A stretch of 64,000 nucleotides of DNA from Antedon mediterranea (Eukaryota > Animalia > Echinodermata): positions 14,790,912 through 14,854,911 of the forward strand of contig NC_092675.1 of assembly GCF_964355755.1 (NCBI RefSeq), given 5' to 3'. Position numbers and translations under genes: made by a program. Numbering within the stretch: position 1 is the stretch's first letter; each line of letters begins with the position of its first letter. Under the pieces are notes generated by a model. That model was not told where the DNA came from, searched no databases, and saw only the letters and a list, made by a program, of their open reading frames with translations. Below are positions 25,520 through 37,656 of the stretch, in pieces.

Positions 25520-27540
25520 GCGTATATTTTGGTGTATAATCGCACTTTTGACACGCAAATTTAACCTCTAAATTAAGGGTGCGTCTTATTATACACCGAA
25601 CATAAATGCCTCAACACACAGATATCGCCACCTCGTTGGCTAGGCCTGGCCTAGGCCTATAGTATTACTAAAGAGGCCTAGCCTAGCTACAGTGTACTAA
25701 CGTAACAGCAACCTGCTAGTTTTCAAGGCATTTTAGCGTGATTTTGTACTAAATATGATGAAAAGATTTGTTCATTATGGAGCTGTTTTAGGCGCTCCGA
25801 TAAAATTTCATTTGTTTATGATTGGAATAGTATTATAATTATACGCATGACCGTCGTACCCCCAGCGCGAGCGAGCCCTTCTTGGCAACCACATGGTGTA
25901 CAGTATTCGACTAGTATATTCTCCAGTTCGTATCCAGATATTCACCCCCTGGACATTCACCCCCTGGAAAACTACCCCCCGGACAACCACCACCTGTACC
26001 ACTACTCCCTTAGGACAAATACCCCTTTAGGACAACTACCCCTTTAGGACAACTACCCCTTTAGGACAACTACCCCTTTAGGACAACTACCCCTTTAGGA
26101 CAACTACCCCTTTAGGACAACTACCCCTTTAGGACAACTACCCCTTTAGGACAACTACCCCTTTTGGACAACTACCCCTTTCGGACAACTACCCCCGGAC
26201 AACTACCCCCCCGGACAACTACCCCCCGGACAGATACCCCCCGGACAGATACCCCCGGACAGATACCCCCGGACAACAACCCCCTTAGGACAACAACCCC
26301 CTTAGGACAACAACCCCCTGGACAACTACCCCCTGGACAACTACCCCCTGGACAACTACCCCCGGACAACTACCCCCGGACAACCCCCTAGGAACAATTA
26401 CCCCCTAGGAACAATTACCCCTAGGAATAATAACCCCCGGACAATAACCCCCGGACAATTACCCCCAGACAATTACCCCTACCCCCCCGGGTAATTACCC
26501 CGCGGACAACTACCTCTGACACAATACTCCCCGTAGGACAACTACCTCCTGGACCTGGACAATACTCCAAGGGCAAATAATCTTTACGAAAAGGGAGACC
26601 CCACTATACGAAAAGGGAGACCCTAATATACGAAAAGGGAGACCTAAATATACGAAAAGGGAGACCTAAATATACGAAAAGGGAGACCAAATATACAAAA
26701 TGGGAGACCCCAATATACGAAAAGGGAGACCACACTATACGAAAAGGGAGACCCTAATAATACGAAAAGGCCGGGAGACCCAAATATAGGTCTCCCCTTT
26801 CGTATTGGGTCTCGGGTCAGGTCTCTGGTCTCTTTCGAAACACCCGTTAAAAACAGATGATTTCATTTTTACAGAAACCGGTCCTATATATTTGTCTACT
26901 TTTGGATTGGGGGGAGGGGGGGTAGTTAATAGTTGACCGGGGGTTAGTTGACCGGGGGTTAGTTGACCGGGGGTAGTTATCCTAAGGGGGTAGTTGTCCT
27001 AAGGGGGTGGTTGTCCGGAGGTAGTTGTCTGGGGAATTGTTATCCTAAGGGGGTAGTTGTTTGGGGGGTTATTATCCTAAGGGGGTAGTTGTCCTAAGGG
27101 GGTAGTTGTCCTAAGGGGGTAGTTGTCCTAAGGGGGTAGTTGTTCAAAGGGGGTAGTTGTCCGGGTGGTAAACATCCAGGGGGTAACTGTCTAGGGGGTA
27201 GGTGTCCTAGAACACTCCAGTTGATTATAGCATAGACCTAGCGTACACACTTCTAGGATACATAGATACTAATCGAATACGATTGTCCGTGAAAACGTGC
27301 GCCTCTCTATAAAAGGATTAAGCGAGGCTAGCTCACACACATGTGCGGTCATGCACTCGATGTTGCGGGTGCGAAACTCATGAATAACATGTTAGAAAGA
27401 ACTGACGGAATGGGGGACTTCCCTTCTTGTTGAGGCTGGGCGTGGCCGTCTTATACATTGACGATATACAAAATACCGATATTTTACTCTCAGTTAGGGG
27501 GTGCGTCTTATACACAGGTGCGACTTATACACACCTTATA
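25520..27540. mobile_element. Tc1/mariner/pogo-type MITE hosting the foldback element
   Basis: Left cgtatattttggtgtataatcgcac...gggtgcgtctta; right ggtgcgtcttatacacaggtgcgacttatacac. The termini are eroded. Confidence 0.5.
25929..27214. mobile_element. Foldback DNA element with minisatellite-filled inverted arms (MULE-like), 8-bp TSD
   Basis: TSD ctccagtt at 25921-25928 and 27215-27222. The left arm is (ggacaactacccctttag)n and (ggacaactaccccc)n, the right arm (ctaagggggtagttgtcc)n. Internal 21-bp array (tatacgaaaagggagacc..)n at about 26585-26790. Confidence 0.85.
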
Positions 27541-28116
27541 CACTTTTTTCCACCCGGCCCCCTACCAAAAAAAAAACTTGACAGCAAACAAACAATTTTT
27601 TTTTAGGCCTTATTAGTATGACAAAAATTAAAAAATATGCCAAGATAGTTTTCTCCTTAACCTCGCAATGTCTCTTTTCCATAGATTTTGATTGTCAAGA
27701 CCATTACAAAGAAGAATTTTTGTACTGGGTGGCTGTCAGAATTAAGAAAATTGAACAATTAGAATAAACAAAATGGTTACTCATTCTTAATATAAATAGG
27801 CATAATGTTGTATTTAGTAATTTTGGCATCAAATAATTAATCTGGCAGACTAAAAAGATTTTAAATGATCATTGTGATGATATTGAAGTGTGTTTTTCTT
27901 GTTTATGTATTTATTCTGTTTTATCTTATTTTATTTCAATTATATATCATATAACAGCCATTTGCCAATTAAAAATATCTTTACTGTAATATCGATGCAA
28001 AATAATAACTTAAAATAGTATAGTTTTCCATAGATTATTTAACAATTATTTTGCACTAATGTAGGTTTATACTCAAGGGTACGGTGTAATATTAGACATT
28101 CAAATTCAATATTTAC

Positions 28117-28238
28117 CTCTTTTGCCAATGTTTACAGGAATTAATGTAAGTAAAACCACTAGTGAAATGATGGCTGCAGCTCCTGGTACAAATGATAAAA
28201 TTTCTCTGTAAAACCTTCCACATTTGTCACAACAAGTC
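28117..28238 (-). CDS. MFSD12: MFSD12 exon encoding the last TM helix
   Basis: cctttag acceptor and GTAAAT donor, 122 nt, phase 2 to 1. (R)TCCDKCGRFYREILSFVPGAAAIISLVVLLTLIPVNIGKR matches the CCxxCxxFY motif of MFSD12. Confidence 0.9.
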
Positions 28239-28395
28239 CTAAAGGTAAAAGATTTGTAATAAATGTGTTTGAAAGTGAACATTAACCAACCAGATCATAC
28301 CATTCATAATGAACACTACCATTGTTAGAAAGGAGTAGGAAGAACAGTGTTCCGTGGGCCATAGAATCTGCAATGTTACGTCCATTACTCACTTT

Positions 28396-28840
28396 TAGTA
28401 CGGGTTATTATGTCTTCCAGCTCGATATTTGTGCCAAAATAGATTTTTTCAGCTAACTTTGTTATTTTCGAGATGCTAAATCAAAAAAAGTTAGGTGCCA
28501 TTTTTTTCGACCACTCCTTCAGCCGCCATTTTGTATTTCAAAATGGCCGACGTTCCACACTAAACTTGGTCATCCATGGTATCATTGGAAAGGGAATGTA
28601 ATACTGATTATTTTATTCCATTACACCAATATCAATAAACACATAGTTACATAGTTATTGCAAAATAAAACAAAACACGTGACCAATAAAGGTCAAAAGG
28701 TCAAAATACAATTTCACCGAAATACTGTACTGTTTGGTATTGTTGGATAGATTTTTTTATTCTGAATACAGTTTTACTAATATCTATTCTATTTTACTTT
28801 GTTTATCGTCATGATTTTCCAATTATGTAAATAAATTGTT
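28396..28840 (+). mobile_element. Solo left TIR of the Academ-type element found at 32708
   Basis: Near-identical to 32708-33160, starting tagtacgggttattatgtcttccagctc. Confidence 0.85.
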
Positions 28841-28960
28841 CTGATTTTTTAAAAATAGGAGGTGCACAACTTCATGTAAATGTCGATATGTTGACAAAAT
28901 TACGAAATGTTATGTTTACACGTTTTAGAAAAACGCGACAAAAATAGGGTGGAAAGAAAG

Positions 28961-29941
28961 AACTAGATTTGAACTCGTCACTTTGACAAGTTAGTTATCC
29001 GCACGCACGGTAAACACCACATGCACGTCATACATTGGAATTTTGCAAACAGTAAAAGATTATGGCATTATGACCTGAACTGAAGAATATGATATTTAAT
29101 TAAATGTGATGAACTATGATGTAAAATATGAAAATACGACTTTTTAAATTCAACTGGCCATATGATGACGTCACAACATCTGATTGGCAAAATGTTCACA
29201 TGAATTCGTATCTACAATCCAATAGCTTCCAGAAAACATTTTAATCATGATCAAGTCAAGAGACAAATATCCTATATTTTATTTTCCAGTGGCCATACAA
29301 TGACGTCACAATGTCCGTTTAGCCTTATTGACTTCTAGAATTTGAAATAAAACTAAATTTCACTGTTTACTTTAGAAACTATGACTATTTAAAAAAAGAC
29401 ATAATTTTGACATTTTCTTTAGCTTCTTCATCAAAAATGTGCGCGAATTGTCTAATTTAATGTGTTCGTATGGCGTTATTTAAAGTGGAAAAGGTCTAAA
29501 TTGTTTTCAAAATTACTAAAGAAAGGCTTGAAAAAGGCTTGAAAAAATCCTATGATCAATCATTGAAATTCATAAAATCGCGTGTAAGTCATGTTGCGCA
29601 ATACTGACGTCATTCAAAAATAGGAGGTGCACAACTTCACGTAAATGTCCATATGTTGACCAAGTTACACAATCTTATGTTGACAAGAATGACAGATATG
29701 CGTGCAACAAAATTCGTGGAAAGAAAGAAAAATAACAAAGATAAAAAAAGATCGTGACAGTAACCAAGTTGTGGATAACCAAAAAGTTATGATACAATAC
29801 AATAACAAGGAGTTATCCGCTTGCGGATAGCTAATTATCCAATACAAAAACAAGGAGTTATCCGCCGAGATAGGATAACTAATAATACAGAAAAAAAAGT
29901 TGATGATGATCTCATACAATCACAAGGTGGGGATAACTAAT
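28961..29941 (-). mobile_element. Helentron-type non-autonomous element(s) (HINE) with stacked 5' termini
   Basis: aactagatttgaactcgtcactttgacaagttagttatccgc (3' stem-loop plus subTIR) at 28961. Several agttatccgc..gcggata hairpin termini between about 29760 and 29940. Confidence 0.7.
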
Positions 29942-30259
29942 TGAAAATAATGGGGTCAGTAGACGGCATAAATCCTTAGACGGAACACTCTTATAGTAAT
30001 TAGAAGCATAATTTCCTTTAATGTATCGTGTTCACATACAACTTATAATGTATTCTGCAACATTGGTTTCGTCAAATCGGTATTTTGGTGATCAACATAG
30101 CATTTGTGGCAATAGATGACGTCATGATCAGCAAAGGGCACTGTCCAAGTATAGTTCTTCACAGCTCTAAAATAATGTATAACACGACTGATACACTGAA
30201 ATATTATTATTAGTTTGTTTCTGTAATGTTATTGATTATCCAAGAACAATTATATATAA

Positions 30260-30800
30260 CTAGATGGTACACTCGCTTCGCTTGCGTACCATCTAGGTCG
30301 TGCCCACAGATGATTCTCGAATACATAGTAATTTTAACGTAAAAAAAACTGACGATTTCAAATGTACGTACCGCAGGACTATAAAACATTGCCGTTTACC
30401 GAAACAAATAAATAGATTTATGTAGTCAACCAAAATTAGCACCATGGGAATTACTTCCGGAAGAGAAACTTTTCAGAAAATGAGTCCAAATTTTTGCATT
30501 TAAACAAACCCAATTTGTGTTTTGGGTTGAGGGTTGGGGATGAGGATAGGAACAAAGAGGAACAATTTAATATATTCTTTATATTAAATTATTCTTTGTA
30601 TTTCTTTATTATCCACTCAGTAACGAAATATATTTTTTTTATAGGCCTATAAATAATATACCACTAAATAGAGTAAAACATTTCCGGTTTAATAATTTGC
30701 TAAAACTGTCACTGTCATAGTCGATTGAAATAGTAAAGCACATGTAACGATACACTACGGCGTTTATATTTTTTGTAATTATTAATTAAAACAAATGTTG
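30260..30800 (-). mobile_element. Helitron 3' fragment (same family as 45160-46602)
   Basis: a|ctagatggtacactcgcttcgcttgcgtaccatctagg terminal hairpin plus CTAG. Colinear with about 45160-45690. Confidence 0.75.
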
Positions 30801-31424
30801 AGAAGCAACTGTCAGTAATAAAGTATTATATTATTATGTGTTTATAATCTAAAAGTAGGGGCTACCCACACTCACAGTAATAAAGTTTATTAGTATTTCG
30901 TTGATCTAATTGATTTGATTTCGCGCTCCGACGGGAAGTGTAGAACGCATAATAATAAAAGAGAGAGCGCTGTCTGGCAGCTGACTTGAATTGTTCTTTT
31001 AATTTCTTGACTTAACTTCATATTTGTCACTGAGTTTTGGTTTATTTTGGACTCAACTCTACAATGCTTTGAAATTCTTGGTTTTTATTTAATTTTTCTT
31101 CACATTCCTGTGCATGCTTGCATCCGAGCTTAGGCCTGATCGTTTCAACAGCATGCTTTGTTTACACATGATGCCTAGCAGAGGGCCTCCTGCCCACTAT
31201 ACTTAGCTCTGCCTAACATTGAGCCTGCCAACCTATAGCCACTACTACTAGTGGTCGAGCATCCTATGTCTATAGTAGGGAAAGGTTGTTACAGTTTAAT
31301 GTTAAGTCTAGGGTTACCCCTCTGTTATTTACTAGGCTAAAGGAGCTTGGCGTTTTCAAAGTTTGACGTGGACGCAAAGGCGGTAAGCGACCTAAACGTA
31401 TTAATTTGACAAATTCATCTTCTA

Positions 31425-31736
31425 CATGATGTGTACAAGTCCCTTAGATTTTTTAACCAAAATCATTATAACCTGTCAAAATTGTAATGGTGTATCCTGT
31501 TGTGAATTGTTTACACAAACACAGCAGGGTCCTTGTATTAAACACAAATCTGCTTTATTGGGACTGATACACTTTACAGTAGTACAGTTTCTAGGTGGCC
31601 TTGTACCACTGGACACTAGTGATTAAGGAGTCAAATCATCAGAATTGGTGATTAAGAGCTTTTATTACACCAGAGTGAGGCTCTCCTCATCAGGGTATGA
31701 CTGGAAATTTTATCTAAGGGGATTGTACATTTAATG
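31425..31736. mobile_element. Small MITE with CAT...ATG ends (P-like) inside the LINE
   Basis: Imperfect TIR catgatgtgtacaagtcccttagat / atctaaggggattgtacatttaatg. The TSD is not convincing. Confidence 0.5.
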
Positions 31737-32707
31737 ACATCTGTTCATTCTTCGCAATTCAGTCCGGTTGTGAATCAACATACTAGCACTTCCAATAGGA
31801 AACGCTTAGGATCGGGGTTTGGAATGCACAATCTATCTGCAATAAAACCACTCCTTTTTATCAGTATGTTGTTGACCACGATTTAGATGTTATTTTTGTC
31901 ACAGAAACATGGCTTTGTGAGAATGATACAGCTCTAATCTCTGCTTATGAACCAGATGGTTTTACATCAGAGTTTTATCAAAGGTGCCACTTAAATGCTG
32001 TAAACTCATGTTTTTTTAGGCTTGCTAGTCACAGATTAGTATTCCATCCATCCATAAAAACATCATCGTTACTGTTTACAGACCCCCTCCCACCCCGACA
32101 GCTCAATTCACTGCAGATTTTTCAAAACTTGTTGAACAATACTCTTTGAATTCTAATCTGATTATCACCGGTGACTTTAATATCCACGTTGATAAGACTA
32201 ATGATTCTCATACCAAACGCTTTATGGACATATTGGATTCTACCAATTTCGTGCAATTGGTCAATACACCCACACAAAAGCATGAATATACACTTGACCT
32301 AATAATTACCAATAACCCCAATTTAATCAATATCATATGTCTGATCACTATTTTCTCCATGCCTTACTTAATGTCTCTAAACCATCAATAACACAAAAGA
32401 AAATTACATTCTGTTGTTTTAAAAATATCAACACCATTAAATTGTCTGATGGCTTTAGTGATTTCCTTGCCGAATCTTGTGATGTTAGTTCAAACTCTGC
32501 TGTATCTTTTTACAATCAATTTTTGTTCTCGCTTCGAGACGCGTTGGCTCCCGAGAAATCAAAGATCATTAACATCAGGTCAAGATCACAGTGGTTCTCT
32601 GATGATTGTAGAATATCCAAGAGAAAGTGTGGCATTCTTGCACGCAAATGGGTAAAGAATCCATCATCTGAAAATCTATTAGCTTTTAAGAAACAATGCA
32701 CAGCATA

Positions 32708-35317
32708 TAGTACGGGTTATTATGTCTTCCAGCTCAATATTTGTGCCAAAATAGATTTTTTTTAGCTAACTTTGTTATTCTTGAGATGCTGAATCCAAAA
32801 AAGTTAGGTGCCATTTTTTTCGACCACTCCTTCAGCCGCCATTTTGTATTTCAAAATGGCCGACGTTCCACACTAAACTTGGTCATCCATGGTATCATTG
32901 GAAAGGGAATGTAATACTGATTATTTTATTCCATTACACCCATATCAATAAACGCATAGTTACAAGTTATTGCGAAATGAAACAAATCATGTGACCAATA
33001 AAGGTCAAAAGGTCAAAATGCAATATCACCAAAATACTGTAGGCCTACTGTTTGGTATCGTTGGATAGATTTTTTTATTCTGAATACAGTTTTACTAATA
33101 TCTATTCTATTTTACTTTGTTTATTGTCATAATTTTCCAATTATGTAAATAAATTGTTTTTAAATGTTCCTTGTTTTTCCATGCTAATTACTTTCTTATT
33201 TACATACAATCTGTCCTATTGGTATATAAGTACTTTAGGCGTTGTTTTCTTTATCTTAATACTAAATAAGTACCGTACGGTACTGGATTACACTTAACTT
33301 CAATGTCAAGTTTCCGAGTTATTTACTTTAAAATCAAAATAACTATAGTCCGTGAACAAAGGTGAAATAAACTGTTGTCAAGTCACATCTTTGTTTTGTT
33401 TCGTTGGATAGAAATTCTGAATCTATTTTATTTTTAGTAGTTTACATTTCTGTTTTTCGTAAAAAGAAAAAAATGCTACGGGTCATGGTATCATTTGCGT
33501 AGCGTTCAAAATCATTTGTATTTTTGTCAAAGCGGGTACCACACAATATAAAGCCATCTGTGCACAATGCCAATGTTAATTGGCATGCCTTTCCCTTTGA
33601 ACCTCAGATGAAGTGCAGCAGCAAACATTTTTTCATTTGATATTATTATACAGTGAAAAAAAAAAAAAAAATAAGATCAATTAGTTTTCCTCAAATAAAG
33701 TTTACACGAAATTCCCTTTGATTTTTACGTATGGTTTGTGATTATCGCAATATAAATCCTAACTATACATGGTTATTATTAAAAGTCACATAGAATAATT
33801 AATCAAACAATACTTGTTTCTGGTAACTTAACTTTAAGAACTTATCGGAAATAAGGGAAACAAAATCCGCTTTCCAGCAATAATATTCAAATTAGTTTGA
33901 GAAAAACGAAATATTTTAACTACAGACACTTTATAAATATATACCGTATGTAACGATTTCAGTTATTGAATTCCCTTTTATAAATTTGTATTTTAATTTT
34001 GTTACTTTTACTGCATTTCTCAGTTATATTTATCAAAAATGCAGTGGAGTGCGACCACACACCGGTAGGAGATAGAATCGGCCTTTCAGTCATCGGTGCG
34101 TTTTGAATTATTATTATTTTATTGTTCTTGGGCATGATCCTATTGTATCCGTTTGTTGTTACTATTTGTATTCTTGTGAGTATTAGAATATGCCACCAAT
34201 TTAATTTATATTTAATAAAATTATGTTATCATCTGAAACGGTGGAAGATTATTCGACTACTTATACACAGTAGAGATGAGCTGTTTTCTATCCTGCCTTT
34301 ATGGTCACACAAATATCCAATATATATAATATAAGAATGTGTACATAAATTAATTTAAATAAGCAACAACTTTTTTATCGATTTACTTTATATATATAGG
34401 CCTAGGCTTACAACATACAACCATGCTATTGGCAGAAAACCATGTTTGAAAAAAACAACATAGACGCCACTGCACTGGATATAGTTATAAATAAAACTAA
34501 ATTAACTAGCAGAATTAAGACAAATCTAAATTACTTTCCAAAGTTACGTTTCTGTTTCTGTTGTAGTAGTTGTATGAACTTGCTCAAATAAAAGGTACTA
34601 AAATCAATTACTTTACCTCCAAATCATGTTTGCGTCGCAACTAATTTACCTGCAAAGCAATGGTTGTTTGATCTTGTTTTTTACTTGCAATGCGAAAACC
34701 GGGCATATCGAGGATCTTGATAGTAAAACTTATCTTATACTAAAGTAGTTTAACACACTGAAATTGTTATTATAACCAGATAAATGTTACCAACATTTGA
34801 ATGAATAAAAAAAACGTATTTATCTTTAATACGGAGGAGACCTTTTTTATTGTACATTTAAAAATTTATTTACATAAAATTGGAAAATTATGACAATAAA
34901 TAAAGGAAAATCGAATAGATATTAGTAAAACTGTATTCAGAATAAAAAAAAAAGCTATCCTACGATACCAAACAGGAAAGTATTTGAGAAAATTAAAATG
35001 TTGACCTTTTGACCTTTTTGGTCACGTGACTTGTTTTATTGTTAAATAACTATGTAACTATGCATTTTTTGATATGGATGTAATGGGATAAAATGATCAG
35101 TATTATATTCCCTTTCCGATGATACCATGGATGACAAAGTTCAGTGTGGAATGTCGGCCATTTTGAAATACAAAATGGCGGCTGAAGGAGTGGTCGAAAA
35201 AAATGGCACCTAACTTTTTTGAATTCAGCAACTCAAGAATAACAAAGTTAGCTAATAAAATCTATTTTGGCACTAATATCAAGCTGGAGCTAGTTTTCCT
35301 TACATGTGACTGTACTA
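32708..35317. mobile_element. Non-autonomous Academ-type DNA transposon, about 450-bp TIRs, 3-bp TSD
   Basis: TAGTAC...GTACTA termini. Long inverted arms at about 32708-33160 vs 34860-35317. TSD ATA at 32705-32707 and 35318-35320. Excision restores the LINE frame KKQCTA-YHKVLHGTRTTYMQSKIDG. Confidence 0.85.
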
Positions 35318-37615
35318 ATACCATAAAGTACTGCATGGTACAAGAACAACTTACATGCAGTCCAAAATTGATGGCTGTGATTCTGACCAACGTCGATTGT
35401 TCCGCATTATGAACAAACTTCTTGGTAAAGGAAAAGATGGTTCCTTTCCAACTGCTGTGTCTGACTTGCAACTTGCCAACGACTTTAACACCTTATTTCG
35501 TGACAAGGTTGTTAATCTCAGGAAGTCATTTGGTGATCTACCATGCCCACATCAAATTACTCAGCAGCTGGATTCAGAACATTCATCAAACTCACCCCCA
35601 CTTTGCAATTTCACCGTAGTCACTGATGATGTAATTCACAAGCTAATAATGAACATGTCATCAAAGACTTTAGCTCTTGATCCATTTCTAACATATTTTC
35701 TTTTACAATTTCAAAGCATATTGACTCCAGTATTTAGAATTATTATTAATTTATCTTTATCAACTGGTACCTTTCCTGATGATTTGAAGTTGGGTCTAGT
35801 TACACCCATTTTAAAGAAGCCTTCAGTGGATCATACTTCCATGGCAAATTTTCGACCTATTCATAATGTCGCTTTCTTATCTACTGTAAGATCCTTGAGA
35901 AATGCTTTAAATCTCATACATTTTCTTGACGACAATAATCTGTTCGACCCTCTTATATAGAAAGCACCACAGTACAGAGTCAGCCATAGTCTGTGTACCT
36001 CGACCTGTCGGCAGCTTTTGATACCATTGGTCATTCCATTCTTATTGCAAGACTCTCGTCTATTGGTATCCGTGGATCTGCTCTGACTTGGTTCAAGTCA
36101 TACTTGTCTTCTAGGAAGCAGCAGGTCCAGATTGGTAATTTCAAATCCACCTCTATCGACCTGAAATGAGGTGTTCCTCAAAGATCAATACTGGGTCCAG
36201 TATTGTTTTTAGTTTACATCTCGCCCTTGAGTGATATCATTAGGAGAGATTGTGTCCAATATCATGTGTACGCAGAGGATACACAACTGTACATCAGCTT
36301 TAAACCAGCAGAGTTTAATGAGGCAAAGTCGGTTATCGAAGCTTGTGTTGTTGATGTTCAGGATTGGCTAACTAAAAACATGCTCTTTTTTCACCGTGGT
36401 AAAACCTTGTTGGAGGTTAGAAAAATCGGAGTTTTATTTGACTCAGCAATGACTATGTCCAGACATATCAACAACATTAGTAAATCTAATACCTACCACC
36501 TTCGTAACATAAGATCAATTCGCAAATCCTTAACCCACTCCTCGCTTATTAAACTTGTCCATGCACTAATATTATCATGGTTAGACTACTGCAATGTCAG
36601 TTTGGTCTACCAAATAAAGAACTTAATACATTACAACTTCTTTTAAATACTGCAGCTCGACTTGTATCCGAAACTTCAAAATTTGCTCATATTACACCAA
36701 TATTATATAAACTTCACTGGCTTTCAATTAAACAACAAATTATTTTTAAACTAATGTTAATTACATATAAATCTCTTCACGACAAATCATCATCATATAT
36801 TTCCATTTTAATAATACGTAGATCTTCAGTTGCAAAAGATCTCTTAGGTTTACCACTAATCCATCTGCACTTTTTGTTCCACCCAGCCGCCTTAAGACCT
36901 ATGGTGATCAAGCTTCTTTGTAATTACTTTCTGTTTTTTCTCTCAGCGCTTTGGGACAATCTTTTGATTGTATAAATTGAACAACATTTAACATACGCCG
37001 CTCATATTAAGACAAAAAATGGGCCTATAGAGACTAGGCATAGCTTGGCATGTTTAACCATGCATATATATTTGGTGATAAATATTATATTGCAATGAAC
37101 GATTCTTTTGTTTTAATTAAAAACATAACATAACTTTATATTTACTATTTGTTTTCTTAATCATTTGCAGAATTTTAATGATTCTTCCATGTCTCGATAC
37201 CATTCAGTTAACGTTTTTCATTTACGCTATTTTTCAGAAATACAGTAAGGTTGAAATCATACTAATGCTCAAAGTAAACCATCACTAAGCATTTTAAAAA
37301 TTAGAAAAATATCTAGTACTAGTAGAAAGTGAAAATTACAATGTTTCCATGCCTAAAATTTAAAGTTCACTCCAGCTCTCTAGATTTTAAATACCATTTC
37401 TTCCTTGATGTCAAATCTTGAAATCAATTAGCAATTAAATTAGCCCATGATAAATATGAATTAGAAAGTGATATCTATCAATACAATTATCTGCTGGTGT
37501 CCCCCTTTGGACCCGAGCATCCAAAGGGGGACACCAGCAGAAAGCTGAACATCAAAGGAGAGGTGGCGTCATTCACCGAACTATGACGAATGACAGAACA
37601 TTATGTCAACGTCAT

Positions 37616-37656
37616 TTGCGTGAACAAGGCTACTGAAAGTAGCTGAAAAGTAGCAA
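37616..37656 (+). ncRNA. Minimal type-I hammerhead (G3-C8 variant), 5' pLTR copy, helix III mutated
   Basis: ttgc GTGAACA a ggctact gaa agtagct GAAA ag TA gcaa. The ACGT palindrome of the 3' copy is changed to AAGT. Confidence 0.6.

Larger units (their letters stand above)
30930..36990 (+). mobile_element. Near full-length decayed L2/CR1-group LINE (APE plus RT), interrupted by DNA transposons
   Basis: N-terminal RLKELGVF..RGRKGGKR. APE motifs VTETWL, LIITGDFNIHVD and SDH. RT motifs NFRPIHNVAFLS, DLSAAFDT, GVPQRSILGPVLF and YAEDTQLY. C-terminal HITPILYKLHWL. Stops and frameshifts throughout; ends approximate. Confidence 0.88.

Noticed and set aside
26164-26391. Pro/Thr-rich and Gly/Cys-rich ORFs on both strands
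   Set aside because: They are translations of the minisatellite arms of the foldback element.
26585-26790. 21-bp repeats with short variable linkers resembling a mini-CRISPR
   Set aside because: The linkers are only 3-6 nt variants of one motif; this is an ordinary subterminal TE array.
28346-29989. 10-bp inverted repeat agtgttccgt / acggaacact as TIRs of an outer element
   Set aside because: Short, and no TSD could be identified; possible but unsupported.
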